Assembly (NCBI GenBank): GCA_017436645.1
Contig: JAFSCR010000006.1
Location: forward strand, 16,887 to 80,886
DNA length: 64,000 bases
Source of the DNA: Clostridia bacterium
GTDB lineage: Bacteria > Bacillota > Clostridia > UMGS1883 > UMGS1540
Reading direction: 5' to 3'
The translations under genes and the position numbers were made by a program. This document shows, one piece after another, positions 61,079 to 64,000 of this stretch (positions are counted from its first letter, which is position 1; every line of letters starts with the position of its first letter). A model generated the notes under the pieces. That model was not told the origin of the DNA and made no database searches. It worked only from the letters and a program-made list of their open reading frames with translations.

Positions 61079-63106
61079 ATGGTTTTTAAGTCCCCCTGGA
61101 TTACCACGCCCGATTTCCTGGGTCTTCCCATTATTAACGTTTTTCATAAGCAATATGAGGAAGTTAATATTCCGCCGTCTGCCTATTCTAACTATCATGT
61201 TGCCTTCCGCAGTAAATTTACCGCAAAAAAAGGCAGTACATATTCCATCCGCATTTCCGCAGATGACTATTATAAGCTTTACATAAACGGTCAGTTTGTG
61301 GGGCAAGGTGTAAAACAAGGCGTAGCGGAAAACTATTCCTATAACGAATTTGATATTACGCCTTTTGTAGAAGACGGTGATAATACCATCTGTGTTCATG
61401 CCTTATATTTTGGCCTCATTACCCGTGCTTATCAGACGGGGGATAACCGCTTTGGCGTTGTATGTGACATTTTAGAGGACGGCGTATTTTTTGCGGGAAC
61501 GGATAAAACATGGAAATTCGATAGACCCCTTGAATACGCTGAAGGTGAAGCGTGCGGCTATGCGGCAGGGTTCCTCGAAAACCTGGATTTTCGTCTTGAG
61601 AAAAAAGGCTGGCGTGAAAAGGATTTTGACGATTCCACTTGGGAAAACGCCGTGGAAAACCCTTATGACGACCACTTTTTCCGTGCAAAACCCACCCTTC
61701 CCCTTTATGTTGGCAAAATGGAACCTAAAGAAGTGCGAAAGCTCTCTGACGGCCACTATTTTATTGACTTCGGCAAGGAAATTACAGGCCAGTTCTATAT
61801 GGAAATGACGGGGGAAGAAGGACAGAAGGTTACAATTTTATGCGGCGAGGAACTAAATGACGACGGCAGTGTCCTCTATGATATGCGTTGCCGCACAAAA
61901 TATGAAGAAACCTGTACCCTGTCTGGAGAAAAGGACGTCTTTTTATTCTATGAATATAAGTGCTTCCGCTATGTGGAGGTAAAAACGGAAAAGCCGAATC
62001 TCTCTCCTGAAACATTTGGTGCCATCATTCGTCACCGTCCCTTTAAAAACCGCTTAAAGCTTGAAACGGATAACGAACTGGTGCAGAAATTATGGACGCT
62101 TTTTGAAAATACCGTCATCTGCGGTGCACAGGAATGTATTGTGGACTGCCCCCACCGTGAAAAGGGCCAGTATCTTGGTGACTGGATGGTCAGCGGCCTT
62201 GCCCACCTGTACCTGACAGAAGACTGGGATTACCACAAAGAAATTATGCAGGACTTTACCGATTCGTGCAAGGTTTGCCCCGGTATGATGGGTATTGCCC
62301 CCGGCAGCATTATGCAGGAGCTTGGGGATAATTCACTTGAATTTCCGAGTATTATTTACCGTTACTATCTTCACACCGGTGACAAAGAAGGCATTATGCC
62401 CTTCGTGCCCGTGGCAGAAAGGGTAATTGCCCACTTTGACCAATTTGTGAGAGAAGACGGCCTTCTTGACGGCGTCAGCGACAAGTGGAATCTTGTGGAC
62501 TGGCCGGATAATCTTCGTGACGGGTATGATTTCCCCCTCACCCAGCCGCCACAGACGAAGGGATGCCATAACGTTATAAACGCCCATTATATCGGTGCCC
62601 TTATCCATTTAAATCTCCTCCGCGAACTTTTCGGTTTGCCTTGTGATTATGAAAAGGAAAACCGCACAAAAGAAGCTTTTATCAAAGTGTTCTATAACCC
62701 CGAAAAGAAGCTTTTCCGTGATGCGGAAACGAGTGACCACTATTCCCTCCACGCCAATGTGCTTGCCCCCTTCTATGGCTTCCAGCCCGAGGAGGCAACC
62801 CAGTCTCTTATCGCCTTTATCGAAAAGAAGGGCCTCTCTTGCGGCATTTGCGTTGCCTTCTTCGTCCTCCGTGCGCTTATTCATATGGGCGCAGACGAGC
62901 TTGCCTTCCGCTTACTTCTTAATGAAAGCGAGCACGGATGGGTGAATATGCTCCGTGAGGGTGCTACCGCCACCTTCGAGGCCTGGGGCAAGGACCAGAA
63001 ATGGAACACGAGCCTTTGCCACACGTGGGGCGCTTTCCCCATCGCCCTTCTCTATGATGACTTTAACGGCAAATTCGGTGTGAAAGTTACGAAGATAGAA
63101 GAATAA
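61079..63106 (+). CDS. GH78-like alpha-L-rhamnosidase (bacterial rhamnosidase N and six-hairpin domains)
   Basis: An N-terminal block F.A...YYKLYINGQFVGQG resembles the ADDYYELYVNG rhamnosidase N-domain motif. DCPHREKGQYLGDW resembles the six-hairpin catalytic-domain motif. The ATG at 61079 has an AAAGGAG RBS. Confidence 0.65.
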   Translation: MVFKSPWITTPDFLGLPIINVFHKQYEEVNIPPSAYSNYHVAFRSKFTAKKGSTYSIRISADDYYKLYINGQFVGQGVKQGVAENYSYNEFDITPFVEDGDNTICVHALYFGLITRAYQTGDNRFGVVCDILEDGVFFAGTDKTWKFDRPLEYAEGEACGYAAGFLENLDFRLEKKGWREKDFDDSTWENAVENPYDDHFFRAKPTLPLYVGKMEPKEVRKLSDGHYFIDFGKEITGQFYMEMTGEEGQKVTILCGEELNDDGSVLYDMRCRTKYEETCTLSGEKDVFLFYEYKCFRYVEVKTEKPNLSPETFGAIIRHRPFKNRLKLETDNELVQKLWTLFENTVICGAQECIVDCPHREKGQYLGDWMVSGLAHLYLTEDWDYHKEIMQDFTDSCKVCPGMMGIAPGSIMQELGDNSLEFPSIIYRYYLHTGDKEGIMPFVPVAERVIAHFDQFVREDGLLDGVSDKWNLVDWPDNLRDGYDFPLTQPPQTKGCHNVINAHYIGALIHLNLLRELFGLPCDYEKENRTKEAFIKVFYNPEKKLFRDAETSDHYSLHANVLAPFYGFQPEEATQSLIAFIEKKGLSCGICVAFFVLRALIHMGADELAFRLLLNESEHGWVNMLREGATATFEAWGKDQKWNTSLCHTWGAFPIALLYDDFNGKFGVKVTKIEE

Positions 63107-63121
63107 GAAATATACAGAAAA

Positions 63122-63158
63122 AGCAGGTGTTTTAAAAAACACCTGCTTTTTGTTTTTT
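63122..63158. terminator. bidirectional intrinsic terminator (agcaggtgtttt / aaaacacctgct)
   Basis: A perfect 12 bp stem flanked by A and T runs lies between the rhamnosidase gene and the NifX-like gene. Confidence 0.6.
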
Positions 63159-63570
63159 AGTGACAGCTATGTCCGCCACATCCGTGACTGCCGCAGCCGT
63201 GCTCGCCGCAGGTATGGCCTTCACCGTGTTCGTGGTCGTGGTGGTCGCACCTTGCATTCGGGTCATAGGCAAGATCGCCCGAAAGATAGGCTTCCACCGC
63301 TTTATCGGCATCGCCCATGACGCCCCCGAAGAGCCTGATGCCGGCTTCTGCCAGCGCCATCTGTGCGCCCATGCCGATGCCGCCGCAAATTAAAACCTCA
63401 ACCCCGAGGTCACGGAGCATGCCGGAAAGGGCACCGTGTCCGCTGCCGTTTGTGGGAACGACTTCGGCACTTTGTACCTGACCGCCCTCGGCATCATAGA
63501 TTTTAAAAGCCTCGGTGTGACCGAAATGCTGAAAAACCTCTCCGTTTTCGTACGTTACTGCAATTTTCAT
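63157..63570 (-). CDS. NifB/NifX-like (dinitrogenase FeMo-cofactor-binding fold) protein with a His/Cys-rich C-terminal tail
   Basis: MKIAVTYENGEVFQHFGHTEAFKIYD...VEVLICGGIGMGAQMALAEAGI matches the Nitro_FeMo-Co fold. The tail reads CDHHDHEHGEGHTCGEHGCGSHGCGGHSCH. Confidence 0.7.
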   Translation of the reverse strand: MKIAVTYENGEVFQHFGHTEAFKIYDAEGGQVQSAEVVPTNGSGHGALSGMLRDLGVEVLICGGIGMGAQMALAEAGIRLFGGVMGDADKAVEAYLSGDLAYDPNARCDHHDHEHGEGHTCGEHGCGSHGCGGHSCH

Positions 63571-63596
63571 TTTTAAAATTCCTTTCTTTTTATAAT

Positions 63597-64000
63597 TTAA
63601 CGTATGCTTTTTGCGTACGCTGTTGGTGAAAGATTTACGCTGGTTTTAAACGCTCTTGAAAAATTATGAATGGACGAATAGCCCAGCATATCTGCAATTT
63701 GGCTGATGGAATAATTCTTTTCCCGAATCAGCTTTTTTGCTTCCTTGATTTTAAGCCTCGTATAGTATTCCATGGGGCTTTGCCCTGTACTCTCCCGAAA
63801 AATTTTGCAAAGCTGTGTTTTTCCCAGAAGAAAACGGGCGCATAAATCGGGGAGCATCATATTTTCATACAGATGATTTCCCATATAATCGCAAATCAGC
63901 TCGCTTAGTGAATCGTTTGCCATATTGCGGAATTCTTTGCCTGAGGGCACCTTTTCGCTCAAAGTATTCCCGCTTCGGATAAGGCGAATTAAAAACTCGG
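63597..64000 (-). CDS. AraC-family transcriptional regulator, N-terminus outside the window
   Basis: A C-terminal double HTH (LCKIFRESTGQSPMEYYTRLKIKEAKKLI...ISQIADMLGYSSIHNFSRAFK). The reading frame stays open to the window edge. Confidence 0.7.
   Translation of the reverse strand, partial: EFLIRLIRSGNTLSEKVPSGKEFRNMANDSLSELICDYMGNHLYENMMLPDLCARFLLGKTQLCKIFRESTGQSPMEYYTRLKIKEAKKLIREKNYSISQIADMLGYSSIHNFSRAFKTSVNLSPTAYAKSIR

Overview
This 64 kb window is a chromosomal segment from a spore-forming Firmicutes (Clostridia-like) genome with roughly 50% GC. Most of it is a housekeeping backbone with recognisable synteny: dapA-asd, ruvX, darA-holB-ricT, degV, smc, ftsH, spoIIGA-sigE, pfkA, rsmD, folC-valS, ylmH, ppdK, groES-groEL with a CIRCE operator, era-recO, a MOP flippase, mazG, hup and spoIIE. 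Between these sit cassettes with no confident homologue. The first is a CARF-like plus restriction-endonuclease-like gene that overlaps the smc stop codon, where ftsY usually follows. The second is an operon of an XRE-cupin regulator, two tandem paralogous proteins of about 485 aa with no recognisable family, and a PHP phosphoesterase. The third is a LysR / HAD / beta-helix-like / M20-CapA cluster upstream of spoIIE. Other unexplained signals are a GC-rich structured non-coding stretch of about 250 nt upstream of a polytopic membrane protein and a T-box leader that controls an acyl-CoA-ligase-like gene cotranscribed with valS. There is also a YqzL-like micro-ORF overlapping the recO start, and sigma-A-like promoters with 21-nt spacers in front of spoIIGA and spoIIE. 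No CRISPR array, rRNA, tRNA or mobile element was seen. The long antisense ORFs in the six-frame track are treated as spurious.
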